A stretch of DNA of 64,000 nt, from positions 1 to 64,000 of the IMG/VR virus record IMGVR_UViG_3300045988_182734, one strand, 5' to 3'. The stretch's first letter is position 1; the number at the start of each line of letters is the position of its first letter. The translations under genes and the position numbers were made by a program. The notes below the pieces were generated by a model that was not told where the DNA came from, did not search any database, and worked only from the letters and a program-made list of their open reading frames with translations. The DNA is from a virus. Shown one piece after another: positions 55,072 through 64,000 of this stretch.

Positions 55072-55611
55072 ATGATTCTTTATCATATCATGGCGGACAC
55101 CGGATACTTGCCGGACGATGTTGTTCCGCAGATACCAACGAATCGGATGAAAGGGGAGGACCAGGAAATTCCAAGGATTTGTCTTGGGCATACCCTCGAC
55201 GACTGCCTGACTAGCATCGGTATTGCGCATTTCGTCTCGAAGTTCCTGCTCGCTGAACTGCGTCAGAACAAAAAATACTCCAAGGACATGCCGTTACCGT
55301 TCATTGTCCGAATGTACAACATCAAGGACGAAGACCCGAATCTCTTGACCGAGGAAGAAACACAGAAATATGTGGCGGATTCTGTCGTGACCAGTGAATG
55401 CTGGCTCACAAGATACGAGAAGCCCGTCAAAATCCAGAAACTTTGGCTTGTGGGCGGCGAAGTGGTGCTTTGGCCCTATATCGTTGACGGCGTTGTATAC
55501 AATTACCCAATCGTCCGTAACTCAATTTGGGCAGATAGCAAAACCTTGCCGGACCCGGAATTTCAGAATCAAATCATGGATATCACTCAGAAATGGCTTA
55601 ACGAAGCCTGA
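55072..55611 (+). CDS. Hypothetical protein (179 aa)
   Basis: RBS AGGAGG. Confidence 0.65.
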   Translation: MILYHIMADTGYLPDDVVPQIPTNRMKGEDQEIPRICLGHTLDDCLTSIGIAHFVSKFLLAELRQNKKYSKDMPLPFIVRMYNIKDEDPNLLTEEETQKYVADSVVTSECWLTRYEKPVKIQKLWLVGGEVVLWPYIVDGVVYNYPIVRNSIWADSKTLPDPEFQNQIMDITQKWLNEA

Positions 55612-55633
55612 AAAAGAAGCACATCAAAAGCTC

Positions 55634-55768
55634 TTGCACATCCTTGCGAATTCCATAGTATTAAAGTTGTACGACAGATAACATCTACTTGGCACGCCGC
55701 GTGCTCGTACAATTCATAATTCTGTTCTCATTCAAGGCAGACCCATCTTCATGATGGGCCTGCCTTTT
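55634..55768 (+). promoter_or_regulatory. Promoter + conserved leader + intrinsic terminator, module B
   Basis: TTGCAC-16-TAGTAT, then GTACGACAGATAACA, hairpin GCACG/CGTGC, CGTACAATTCA, terminator AGGCAGACCCATC-ttca-GATGGGCCTGCCTTTTTTT. Confidence 0.5.
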
Positions 55769-55863
55769 TTTGTTTACAGAAAAAGGAGGAATTCAAAACA
55801 AACCACAAATCTCAAATCACAATCTTCCGCTACAAGGAAAAGACACAAAAAAGGAGTCACAAA

Positions 55864-56691
55864 ATGAAAGTCGAAAAGAATAATAACAGCATTTTTCGGA
55901 ACAAGCATGTCCTGGTTGTCGTCGCGGTGATGTGTATTTTTACCATCATCGCCTGCATGGGTTTTATGCTTTCTGTTCCTGCACACGCAGAGGAAAACAT
56001 AGCTCCCAAAACCGAACCTATCGCTTTTTCCACTCCCATTGAAACGGTGAATGAGCTCGATAAAGCGTTCCCGATAACGGAAACTTCCGAAGAAGCACAG
56101 GAGGAGATTACAACTGCTGAGGTCGAATCTTCCGATGCTGCAGAACCGGAACCACGGATTGAGACCGCAGAAGCAGCCATCGAAGAAGCCAAACCGAAAC
56201 CCGAAACAATCCCAGATAATCTCAACGACAATGAGCTTGAAATCTACACAGCTCTGCGGTCCGCTGGTCTTTCCAAGGCCGGTACTGCCGCAGTGATGGG
56301 CTGCATGTCGATGGAAAGCGGTCTTAAAGCCTCGGCCGAAAACCCTTCGGATGGCGGCTATGGACTCCTGCAATGGACTTATAGCCGAAAGACAGACCTT
56401 TTCAACTGGTGTTATGGCAATGGCTATGACCCCAACACCGTTACGGGACAGGTGATGTTCTTCGTGTATGAGCTCAATAGCACATACAGCAAGGCCGCCA
56501 AATACTCGTATCCAGTGTACGAAACTCTTACTACAAGCGACAGCCTGGAAGATTGCCTTTCGATGTTCTTCTCCCATATGGAAGCAGGAACCAACGTGAT
56601 AATCTCTTCCCGCAAAATCTATGCAGGAGGGCTGACCACGTTAGACCTATACCGCAAACGCTTAACTGCCGCTTACAAATACTTCATTTGA
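55864..56691 (+). CDS. Membrane-anchored phage-tail-type lysozyme (Phage_lysozyme2-like) domain protein
   Basis: RBS AAAGGAG. N-terminal TM. GCMSMESGLKASAENPSDGGYGLLQWTYSRKTDLFNW matches the tail lysozyme family core. Confidence 0.65.
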   Translation: MKVEKNNNSIFRNKHVLVVVAVMCIFTIIACMGFMLSVPAHAEENIAPKTEPIAFSTPIETVNELDKAFPITETSEEAQEEITTAEVESSDAAEPEPRIETAEAAIEEAKPKPETIPDNLNDNELEIYTALRSAGLSKAGTAAVMGCMSMESGLKASAENPSDGGYGLLQWTYSRKTDLFNWCYGNGYDPNTVTGQVMFFVYELNSTYSKAAKYSYPVYETLTTSDSLEDCLSMFFSHMEAGTNVIISSRKIYAGGLTTLDLYRKRLTAAYKYFI

Positions 56692-56708
56692 ATTAGGAGG
56701 AAATCACA

Positions 56709-57044
56709 ATGAAAGCAACCGTTTATCTGTCCCGAAAACTCTTGAACCAGTTAAAGGTAAAAGAAACCGAAAGCAAAGACCTTATGCTAACCCATAACCT
56801 ACACAACATCATCATCAACGGTAAGCGTGTTGGCTGCTCTGGCCACATTCAGAACGTTCTCAACAATAAGTGCGTTTACGTCAGCACCGAAAAGAGTTGC
56901 TATCAGCCCTTGTCTGACAAGAACCTGGTTCGCTATGCCGCCAGTATGAAAGATTACTCCTCTGTATCGCTCGGTGCAAAAGGACGTAATCAGTTCGTGA
57001 CCAATGATGAGTTGGTTGGAAAAATCATTGATATGCTCCGATAA
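56709..57044 (+). CDS. Hypothetical protein (111 aa)
   Basis: RBS AGGAGG. Confidence 0.6.
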   Translation: MKATVYLSRKLLNQLKVKETESKDLMLTHNLHNIIINGKRVGCSGHIQNVLNNKCVYVSTEKSCYQPLSDKNLVRYAASMKDYSSVSLGAKGRNQFVTNDELVGKIIDMLR

Positions 57045-57071
57045 GGACATAAACAGAAAGAGAAAAAGCTC

Positions 57072-57242
57072 ATGAAAACCGGCATCAAGAATCAGATAGT
57101 AATAGTATCTGCTGTGGCAGCTGTTCTGCTCATTGTTATGAGCGTCTGTGCAATTGCGGAGAGCATTACCTTTGAGAAGGTTGCTGTTCTCGCTACAAGC
57201 GTACTTGCCTTGAACAAATGCTGCGGCATCCTGTTAAATTAA
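57072..57242 (+). CDS. Small membrane peptide (56 aa)
   Basis: Single TM segment IVIVSAVAAVLLIVMSVCAI. Weak RBS. Confidence 0.35.
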   Translation: MKTGIKNQIVIVSAVAAVLLIVMSVCAIAESITFEKVAVLATSVLALNKCCGILLN

Positions 57243-57254
57243 GGAGAAAAAACC

Positions 57255-57839
57255 ATGAAGAATAAATACAAAGTTGTTGCCTTGGTTCCTTTGGAGTTCT
57301 CTGTTGAGGGAAGCTCCGATTCCAAAGAGGCAATCGAATCCGTCAAAAACATTTTCGAAGCGTGTCGGGATGATAAAGACTACGCGGACATCGTTTTTGA
57401 TGGTATCGAAGAGTCACTTCGTCACGACAGTATCGAGTACAAAGTTGAAGCCGTCCAGCATGAACCTGAGGTGAAAGCAAATTCCGATATCCGTTCTGTT
57501 GCCTCCGATATCTGCGATATCTTCGAGAACTATCTCGACGAAAACGGTATTTGCATCGTTTGCGATGATGCAGATGAGGAGCGGGAACGGAAAGACAATG
57601 AAAGCGGCGCGATGCTGTACGGCATGGAATATTGGCATCTCGTTGAGGATGTCGAGTTCTGGCTGAGTCACATGAGTGCGCAGAGAAAGCCGGTCATTAC
57701 TTCTAAAATTTTGAAGGCGTTCAACGAACTTCTCGTATCCAAAAACCTCGGTAACTCCGTGCCAAGCGGCGATAATCGCTATCAACTGCACTCAAAGATT
57801 CTGAGTTGCTTGCGTTCTCGTGAGGAGGGGTTGGAATGA
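57255..57839 (+). CDS. Hypothetical acidic protein (194 aa)
   Basis: RBS AAGGAG. Confidence 0.65.
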   Translation: MKNKYKVVALVPLEFSVEGSSDSKEAIESVKNIFEACRDDKDYADIVFDGIEESLRHDSIEYKVEAVQHEPEVKANSDIRSVASDICDIFENYLDENGICIVCDDADEERERKDNESGAMLYGMEYWHLVEDVEFWLSHMSAQRKPVITSKILKAFNELLVSKNLGNSVPSGDNRYQLHSKILSCLRSREEGLE

Positions 57840-58366
57840 GCACGAAAGGCTGGAACAGTCTGAAACCTATTACGACCCCTGACCAGACGACCGCGCCGAT
57901 TCATTGGAACCCAATGAACGAGGATTGGAAAATGCGGCTTACCAAAAGCCAGATTTACAACACCTCTTCTGGTTTCGATACTCAAACGCTCGATGCTATG
58001 AAGAAGCTGCATGACAAAATCCTCACATTTGGCGGGGATGAAGTCTGCATGACGGAATTTGACGAAGACGCCCCAAAAATCCTCAAACGCGGCCGGTTCT
58101 TTTATGGCAGCAGCTATATGAGGAAAGGCCAGGATTGCCAGTGCCATTACAATTCTGCACGGCTTTGGTATAAAAACAAAGACCGGTGCTTTATTGCAAC
58201 GGGCTATGCTCTTTCCGAAGACGGGCTCTGGCGCTGTCATTCCTGGGTCGTTCAGCCAATGGCACGCACCGTTCGCGTGTGGGAAACCACCGTCAAGCGT
58301 GTTGCCTATTTCGGCGTAGTTTTGACCAGCGAGGAATGCGAAGACTTTGTCGAGAACAACACATAA
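57836..58366 (+). CDS. Hypothetical protein (176 aa)
   Basis: ATGA overlap. RBS GAGGAGGGG. Confidence 0.65.
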   Translation: MSTKGWNSLKPITTPDQTTAPIHWNPMNEDWKMRLTKSQIYNTSSGFDTQTLDAMKKLHDKILTFGGDEVCMTEFDEDAPKILKRGRFFYGSSYMRKGQDCQCHYNSARLWYKNKDRCFIATGYALSEDGLWRCHSWVVQPMARTVRVWETTVKRVAYFGVVLTSEECEDFVENNT

Positions 58367-58387
58367 CAATTGGGGAGGTTACCCAAC

Positions 58388-59389
58388 ATGGGTGAACAAC
58401 TACATTTCAGTATGGATGGTGAGTTCCTCACCGCCATTGCACGTGACTGGTTCTGGAATATGGACAAGCCGTATAAAAAGTGTGAGGAGCTGCTGCTCTC
58501 CTGCATGATGGGTGGCAACGAGGAAGAAAAAAGGCATGTTTGCCAGGACATTATCGAAGGCCGGAAAAAACTTGTTGGTGTCAATGAGTTTGAACTTGTC
58601 GATGACAATGTTCATGTTCGTTCCCTCGGGCAGAAGGTTGAGGAGCTTCAACACAAGATGCTGGTCAATCAAATTCGTGAGGATATGATTGCACATCCTC
58701 TCAACTATGTTGACCGTTTTGCTATGACCGATAGCTATGATACGCTCTGCGACAACGCAAAACGCCATTGTATCGATTGCAGCTATGACGGTATCAAGTG
58801 CTTCCTCTATGGGAAAACGGGTTATTCTGATGCATTCAACAACGGTGCATGGCTTTTTACCCACCCAGACCTTGTTGCAGAATTCAATGGTGAACCGCTT
58901 CCTGAGCAGGAATCCAACCCGGAATTCTACAAAACCGATTTTTGGACCAAGCTTGCCTCTTGGATTGAAGCAAACATGAAAGGCACATCCGTTGAACGCC
59001 GTCAGCGACTGTACAACAGCTATATCAGTGATAGACCCATTCAGCATCAGCTGACCGAATATGGTCTGATTGCTCCCGATGGCACCTGGTATGCCTGCGA
59101 GTTTGGCGAGCACGCTGCCCTGGCTGGCCGCATCATCATGCGCAATCGAGAAACGTTTGGTCTTTCTGACCATGAAGTTCTCAATATGGCGTATGACTGG
59201 AGCGGCAAGGGTCTCGATTTCCTATATAAACGCGGTTGGATTGCCATTCGTAATCCTTCGATGGGCAATACATTCCTCGATATGGATGAGACCAAAACCG
59301 CAACAAAAGCTCAAGTAAATACCATTTTTGACTATATTTCTAAATTCAACCGCTATGACATGAATATTTCTAAAGTTATGGTTGACTAA
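58388..59389 (+). CDS. Hypothetical protein (~333 aa)
   Basis: RBS GGGGAGG before ATG. Confidence 0.65.
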   Translation: MGEQLHFSMDGEFLTAIARDWFWNMDKPYKKCEELLLSCMMGGNEEEKRHVCQDIIEGRKKLVGVNEFELVDDNVHVRSLGQKVEELQHKMLVNQIREDMIAHPLNYVDRFAMTDSYDTLCDNAKRHCIDCSYDGIKCFLYGKTGYSDAFNNGAWLFTHPDLVAEFNGEPLPEQESNPEFYKTDFWTKLASWIEANMKGTSVERRQRLYNSYISDRPIQHQLTEYGLIAPDGTWYACEFGEHAALAGRIIMRNRETFGLSDHEVLNMAYDWSGKGLDFLYKRGWIAIRNPSMGNTFLDMDETKTATKAQVNTIFDYISKFNRYDMNISKVMVD

Positions 59390-59404
59390 AAAGGAGATTT
59401 TATT

Positions 59405-59980
59405 ATGACTTCCAATATGACTATGACCGCTATTTCCATCTGTAATTTTCTGAAACTCATCGTGAAAAGCACGGTTGAGCATTACACCGAGGATTTCAAG
59501 CTGGACATAAAGATTTTTAAGCGCTATGCAAAAGAAGCGCAGGAAACTGGAAAGCCCGTATCGATGCTCTGGTTCTGCCGCTCTTGTGGAACGTATCTCT
59601 GCCCTGAGGAAGATGCGTACAAGAAAGATACTCCCATGTTCATCACGTTCAAATACTATGATGAGCAGGAAGAGGAAGAAGCCCGGACCATTAAGGCTTT
59701 TCTGGTCACTGTGACAGGGATGGAAGGACAAAAGCCAGTTGGCTATATCACTCCCATCAACTATGCGGATGAATGTGACCGCATTCGCCGTTACGCAGTA
59801 CCTGCCGAAAAGGTCGAGCTTGTCTATGATAAAGGTTCCCTTGTCCAGAACAATGGCAACTATACGATTCTGAAGCATCCCAAGCTTGGTACACTTCAGA
59901 AAACGAAATTCTTGGCCGATGACCCTGACGCGCTTGATTATGCGCTGCATATGGCTCGCAATGAGAGAAAGGCAGGGTGA
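59405..59980 (+). CDS. Hypothetical protein (191 aa)
   Basis: RBS AAAGGAG. Confidence 0.65.
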   Translation: MTSNMTMTAISICNFLKLIVKSTVEHYTEDFKLDIKIFKRYAKEAQETGKPVSMLWFCRSCGTYLCPEEDAYKKDTPMFITFKYYDEQEEEEARTIKAFLVTVTGMEGQKPVGYITPINYADECDRIRRYAVPAEKVELVYDKGSLVQNNGNYTILKHPKLGTLQKTKFLADDPDALDYALHMARNERKAG

Positions 59981-59985
59981 CAGCC

Positions 59986-60261
59986 ATGAAAACGATGGTT
60001 ACATTGACTCACGAAGAAGCCCAAAGCTATTTGGCGTACGCTCTGATTTGCGAAACGATGGAAGGAGCCTTTTGGAATTCCGGACGCCGTCGCAGACTAT
60101 ACAGCAAGACGTTCACTGAAACTGAACAACGGCAGATTCCCCGCATCAAAGCTGCTGCCCATAAATGGTGTCTCGTCACTGGCGTTCCTGAAAAGGTACG
60201 CATGAAAACTAGCACCTATTTGCTGTGGCAAAAGCTCGCGATGTTCTGCGCTGAAATCTAA
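59986..60261 (+). CDS. Hypothetical protein (~91 aa)
   Basis: RBS AGGGTGA. Overlaps the previous gene's end. Confidence 0.5.
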   Translation: MKTMVTLTHEEAQSYLAYALICETMEGAFWNSGRRRRLYSKTFTETEQRQIPRIKAAAHKWCLVTGVPEKVRMKTSTYLLWQKLAMFCAEI

Positions 60262-60299
60262 TTTTTCATTACCGCTGCCCATTTGGGTGGCGGTTTTTG

Positions 60300-60430
60300 T
60301 TGCGGATTTATGCGAACGGGTTAAGATATAAATTGTACGATAGATAACAGATATCGAAAAGGCATCCTGCCCTTCGCACACTTAACAATGCGCTTTAGGC
60401 GAACTTCCCATTTGGGCGGTTCGCCTTTTT
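60300..60430 (+). promoter_or_regulatory. Promoter + conserved leader + intrinsic terminator, module C
   Basis: TTGCGG-16-TAAGAT, then GTACGATAGATAACA, hairpin AAAGGCA/TGCCCTT, terminator AGGCGAAC-ttcccatttgggcg-GTTCGCCTTTTTG. Confidence 0.5.
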
Positions 60431-60462
60431 GCGTATAATATAAAAGAAAGGACGTAATCCAA

Positions 60463-60702
60463 ATGAATGAGTACGAAGCAACAATACAAATCAACCCAAC
60501 CGACGACATCAAGTTCATGCTTGAGGAGTCCGGCTGCTATGAGTCTGAAATTGAAATGATGAAGGCCGGTGGCACCTATGATGCGTTTGTCAAGCGTGTC
60601 CATGATGCCATCGACTGGTCTCATCTGTTTGAGCGTATGGCTCAGATGGAAAACGAAACCATCACAGCGACTATCGACAAATTGTCTGATAGCATGATTT
60701 AA
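60463..60702 (+). CDS. Hypothetical small acidic protein (79 aa)
   Basis: RBS AAAGGA. Confidence 0.55.
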   Translation: MNEYEATIQINPTDDIKFMLEESGCYESEIEMMKAGGTYDAFVKRVHDAIDWSHLFERMAQMENETITATIDKLSDSMI

Positions 60703-60721
60703 TTATCAGGAGGTAAATACT

Positions 60722-61294
60722 ATGTTCATTCTTATCAAAAATCAGGAAGGCGAAAGCATGAACTTGCTTTCCCAGAATACCGATTTCAACGCTCTACTGG
60801 CAGCCATGAAAACTGACATTGAGGCAGAGTACGAAAAGGCAACAGGTTATGCGATTGACCTTGACGAGGATTCCGGCAGCGATTATGAAGTCGGTATCAA
60901 CGTTGAGGACAGTGCAGCAGACGGTTTCTGCCTTGCGTCCGGGTATATGTACGGCGCAGACAGCAACTTTGACTGGGGCATTTTCAAAGTAAAGTCTCAG
61001 AAAAACAATGTTGCAGCGAAACCCTACATTGGCTTGGATATGAACGAGTTCTTTCGGCAGAAAATGCTGCTGATTGACTTGTCGGCAAAAGTGAAGGACC
61101 TTGGCTATGACCTTCTGGCCGATGAACTTTGGGGCACAATCGGTGTCTTCGACGCTGTACAGAATTCAGCTGAAGGAGACGGTGTTTTCACTGCTCCGGA
61201 AGCGGATGAAGAAACCGGTCTGTTCCTTGACGATTTTTATAACGACGTTCTGGAAAAGATTCTGAACGCCGACAAGAAAAAGGAGGAAAAGTAA
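60722..61294 (+). CDS. Hypothetical acidic protein (190 aa)
   Basis: RBS AGGAGG. Confidence 0.65.
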   Translation: MFILIKNQEGESMNLLSQNTDFNALLAAMKTDIEAEYEKATGYAIDLDEDSGSDYEVGINVEDSAADGFCLASGYMYGADSNFDWGIFKVKSQKNNVAAKPYIGLDMNEFFRQKMLLIDLSAKVKDLGYDLLADELWGTIGVFDAVQNSAEGDGVFTAPEADEETGLFLDDFYNDVLEKILNADKKKEEK

Positions 61295-61297
61295 GCC

Positions 61298-61783
61298 ATG
61301 AAACTCTACATCCAAGGCGAACACGGTAAGCCCTTAACTTTCACCCCGGAAGAAATCAAGGAGAAGCTCGGTATTCCATTCGATATCGCTGCTCTTGGCA
61401 TCGAGGTAGATGATGGCGACACCACCATCAGGGCTCAGTCATACCCCAAATGGGATTATCAGAACGGGAACCCGCCCATCGACCTCTGCGTCAATGAAAT
61501 GCAGGTTGGCTCACTGGCTATGCCGACGTCCGACATTCCGGCTCCCGTCATTTATCTCTATGATGAACAGGGGCAGGATGAATCGGATTGGTTTGCATGT
61601 ACCAGCTTTGCGCCTCGTGCTTCTGGTGACGAAAGTTCTCACGTCGTCTTCTGTGACATGAGTTTTGGCAATGCGTTTGCGACCACAGACGCTTTTGTGA
61701 ATCCGCGCAAGGAAGCTTCTTTCGTGCAGTGTTCCACTGAGAATCAACTTTCTGATTTCAGGAAAGCTGATTCCCACGAATAA
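61298..61783 (+). CDS. Hypothetical protein (161 aa)
   Basis: RBS AAGGAGGAAAAG. Confidence 0.65.
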   Translation: MKLYIQGEHGKPLTFTPEEIKEKLGIPFDIAALGIEVDDGDTTIRAQSYPKWDYQNGNPPIDLCVNEMQVGSLAMPTSDIPAPVIYLYDEQGQDESDWFACTSFAPRASGDESSHVVFCDMSFGNAFATTDAFVNPRKEASFVQCSTENQLSDFRKADSHE

Positions 61784-61802
61784 CATCTGACTCATATCTT
61801 TG

Positions 61803-61833
61803 CGGTCGTTCCTTCGGGAGCGGCCGCTTTTTT
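61803..61833 (+). terminator. Intrinsic terminator
   Basis: GCGGTCGTTCC-ttcg-GGAGCGGCCGC then TTTTTTG. Confidence 0.5.
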
Positions 61834-61846
61834 GTTTTCAGTTTCC

Positions 61847-61874
61847 TTGCGCAAATGTGCGAGTCTCATAAAAT
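61847..61874 (+). promoter_or_regulatory. Conserved-family promoter (TTGCGC-16-TAAAAT)
   Basis: Spacer AAATGTGCGAGTCTCA. Confidence 0.5.
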
Positions 61875-61895
61875 GAAAATTAGGGAGGTGCTGTT

Positions 61896-62192
61896 TTGAA
61901 AATTCAGAGAATCATGCCTGCAACTACTCATTCCATGAAAGACGCGTTACCGCTTGGGACTATCCTGACGGTGAAAAATGTTGCAGACCAGAAATATATT
62001 GTGGTCGGCTATGACACAAGTTCTGTTCCGCACAACTACTATGCGGTTCCCTGGCCGCAAGGGTACATGGGTGAAGAAAATATGTACTTGGTAGGATTTG
62101 ATGATATTGCGAAAGTTCTGTGTCGCGGCGGAATCAATGAGGAATCCAGAGTTTTCTTGCAGGCACTGGATGATGTGTTGAACGGGAGGTGA
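61896..62192 (+). CDS. Hypothetical protein (TTG start, 98 aa)
   Basis: RBS GGGAGG 6 nt before TTG. Confidence 0.5.
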   Translation: MKIQRIMPATTHSMKDALPLGTILTVKNVADQKYIVVGYDTSSVPHNYYAVPWPQGYMGEENMYLVGFDDIAKVLCRGGINEESRVFLQALDDVLNGR

Positions 62193-62196
62193 CACG

Positions 62197-62412
62197 GTGA
62201 CGGTAAAAGAGCTGAAGCATATGCTTGAGAACGCGGACGACAATGCTATCGTCGTTGTGCAAAATAACTGGGCTCCGGCGGAATTCCTGAACACCTCTGC
62301 TCGGAAGATGGTGCTTGTGAAAGCAAGCGGAAAGCTCATGACGCCGAAATGGGCCGAGGCGAGCGGGTATATCTGCGAAGGCCCTGCTATGTCGGCAATT
62401 TTATTCTATTGA
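62197..62412 (+). CDS. Hypothetical small protein (GTG start, 71 aa)
   Basis: RBS GGGAGGTGA. Confidence 0.5.
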   Translation: MTVKELKHMLENADDNAIVVVQNNWAPAEFLNTSARKMVLVKASGKLMTPKWAEASGYICEGPAMSAILFY

Positions 62413-62413
62413 G

Positions 62414-62755
62414 GTGAGAAAAATCATGCCCGATAAAAAAGTGGCCACGCAGGCATCTGACGGCCCCTGGGAACGCGAAACCATCATCACATTCAATGAT
62501 GCGGAGAAGAAAGCGTCCTACTACACCTGCAACAAAGCTCGTATGGAACAGCTGAAAGAGCTTGCGAAAGAGTACCCTGATGCTGTTAAAATCACGCGGG
62601 ATGAGGACTGGTGTATGGAGGCAGATATGCCCAAGAAATGGGTCAAAATCAAGCCGCCTCGCAAGTTGACTGAAGAGCAATATGCGGAACTGGTCAGACG
62701 CGGCAAAGAACTTGCAGAGCGGCAGCGACAGGCAAAGAACTTAGTGAAGGAATAA
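62414..62755 (+). CDS. Hypothetical protein (113 aa)
   Basis: RBS GAGGTGAG. Confidence 0.6.
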   Translation: MRKIMPDKKVATQASDGPWERETIITFNDAEKKASYYTCNKARMEQLKELAKEYPDAVKITRDEDWCMEADMPKKWVKIKPPRKLTEEQYAELVRRGKELAERQRQAKNLVKE

Positions 62756-62789
62756 TCCGGCTTCATATGCCGAAAGAGGAGGATATAAA

Positions 62790-63407
62790 ATGTATAATTC
62801 TTACAGCGCTCTTAATCTATTGGGCGGAATGCTCTACACGGTGATTCTTTTGGTAGTGGCGTATTTTGTACTCAAAATTGTTGCAAACTGGAAGATTTTC
62901 GAGAAAGCCGGGCAGCCTGGCTGGGCATCCATCGTCCCGTTCTACAGCAATTACATTGAGTTCAATCTCTACTGGGGCAACGGCTGGCTGTTTCTGATTC
63001 CGGTCGTGCTGAGCCTTTTGTCCGGTATCCCGCTGCTCGGCAATCTGTTCCTGGTCGTTGCTCTCATCATCGGTGCTATCACCAACTACAAGAAAGCTGT
63101 TGCGTTCGGTGAAGGTATTGGTTTCACGATTGGTCTTTGCCTTCTGAATCCGGTGTTCAACATAATTCTTGCTTTCGGCCATTATGAGTATCACGGTATC
63201 CCGCAGGATGGCTATTCCTATTCTCAGCTCAAGACCAAATATGAGGAAAAGAAAGCCGAACAGCAGAACAACCCCAGTACTGTTCAGTACCAGGCCCCCG
63301 AAACTCCAAAAGAGCCGAGCCAGAATGTTCAGTATCAGACTCCGAATGCTCCTGCTGAAGTCAAGACCGCGCCGACTCAGCAGAATCAAAATCAGGACAA
63401 TGGCTGA
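62790..63407 (+). CDS. Integral membrane protein with Gln/Pro-rich C-terminal tail
   Basis: RBS AGAGGAGG. Three to four TM helices. Confidence 0.65.
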   Translation: MYNSYSALNLLGGMLYTVILLVVAYFVLKIVANWKIFEKAGQPGWASIVPFYSNYIEFNLYWGNGWLFLIPVVLSLLSGIPLLGNLFLVVALIIGAITNYKKAVAFGEGIGFTIGLCLLNPVFNIILAFGHYEYHGIPQDGYSYSQLKTKYEEKKAEQQNNPSTVQYQAPETPKEPSQNVQYQTPNAPAEVKTAPTQQNQNQDNG

Positions 63408-63600
63408 TATTATTTGGGTCGTTGTGTTTCTCTGCGTTCTCATCGCGTCCTGCTTTGGAATGTACTATTTCCAGGGTGAGAACAAACAAAAATTTGTGTT
63501 TTGCTTTTTGCTGGTAGCATTATCTTTTGGAGTTCTTGCGTTTCGGCTCCTGGATATTGCCTACACAATGATAAACGCAGCTGTTAAAGCCGCACAATGA
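63403..63600 (+). CDS. Small membrane protein (65 aa)
   Basis: ATGGCTGA overlap with the previous stop. Two TM helices. Confidence 0.45.
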   Translation, partial: ADIIWVVVFLCVLIASCFGMYYFQGENKQKFVFCFLLVALSFGVLAFRLLDIAYTMINAAVKAAQ

Positions 63601-63683
63601 CCTTTTTGCAATTCTCAAACTGTTTTTTGGCAGACCTTCCAACCGAGGGCCTGCCTTTTTTATTGTTGCCAGGAGGAAAATCT

Positions 63684-64000
63684 ATGAAAATCCGATTCTA
63701 TACAAACAACAAAGAAGCTATTGTATTCGACCTTGAGGATATTTTGAAGCAGCTCAACATTGAAGAGCAGGTAGCCACTGTCGGCCTTGTCATTGAAAAA
63801 GACGAGGCCGAGGTTGAGGCAATCGCTCAGACAATACAAGACGATTATCCGAACATGTACCTTCAGGCAAAAGAATACGGGCGAAATCTGACCTTGGCTT
63901 GTGCGGAGCTTCCGAACCCTACTAACCCGGATATTGTAACCTACCTCTATGCGGGCGATGATGCTACGGAAACTGATAGTTGGATTGCGAAAGTGAACAA
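63684..64000 (+). CDS. Hypothetical protein (3' end beyond window)
   Basis: RBS AGGAGG. ORF is open to the window end. Confidence 0.55.
   Translation, partial: MKIRFYTNNKEAIVFDLEDILKQLNIEEQVATVGLVIEKDEAEVEAIAQTIQDDYPNMYLQAKEYGRNLTLACAELPNPTNPDIVTYLYAGDDATETDSWIAKVN

Overview
This 64-kb window looks like a Firmicutes/Clostridia-type sequence (AGGAGG-type ribosome-binding sites, roughly 48-50% GC). The left ~7.5 kb looks chromosomal or accessory: a TnpB-like gene cut by the window edge, three lipoprotein genes (two of them clear paralogs), and a two-gene minus-strand operon encoding a 509-aa unknown protein and an HD-domain protein. From about 7.6 kb to the end, almost all genes sit on the + strand and are punctuated by at least 16 copies of one highly conserved promoter (TTGCNN, 16-bp spacer with invariant TGTGCGAA core, TANAAT), so I read this block as the early/accessory region of a large phage, prophage or other mobile element. 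No capsid or terminase genes are visible in the window. The block carries a 12-gene tRNA array with several non-canonical members, an intact IS1341-like tnpB, a miniature IS-end derivative, a flotillin/TM/vWA operon, NADAR, macro-domain, nucleotidyltransferase, UvrD-like helicase and orphan adenine methyltransferase genes, a radical SAM plus ATP-grasp pair next to a DUF3990/DUF3791 pair, a family of tandem-HTH-repeat proteins followed by an AAA+ ATPase and a PD-(D/E)xK-like protein, a recent 600-bp tandem duplication, and a phage-tail-type lysozyme. The most unusual signals are RNA-level rather than protein-level. There are five promoter/short-leader/intrinsic-terminator modules with a conserved 5' end and a covarying internal hairpin, and a roughly 310-nt structured leader present in two copies with a covarying GNRA hairpin. 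The tRNA array contains tRNA-like genes with C33 or a 6/8-nt anticodon loop. No CRISPR array was found. I worked by eye only, so coordinates may be off by a few nt and every family or domain call is motif-based rather than search-based.
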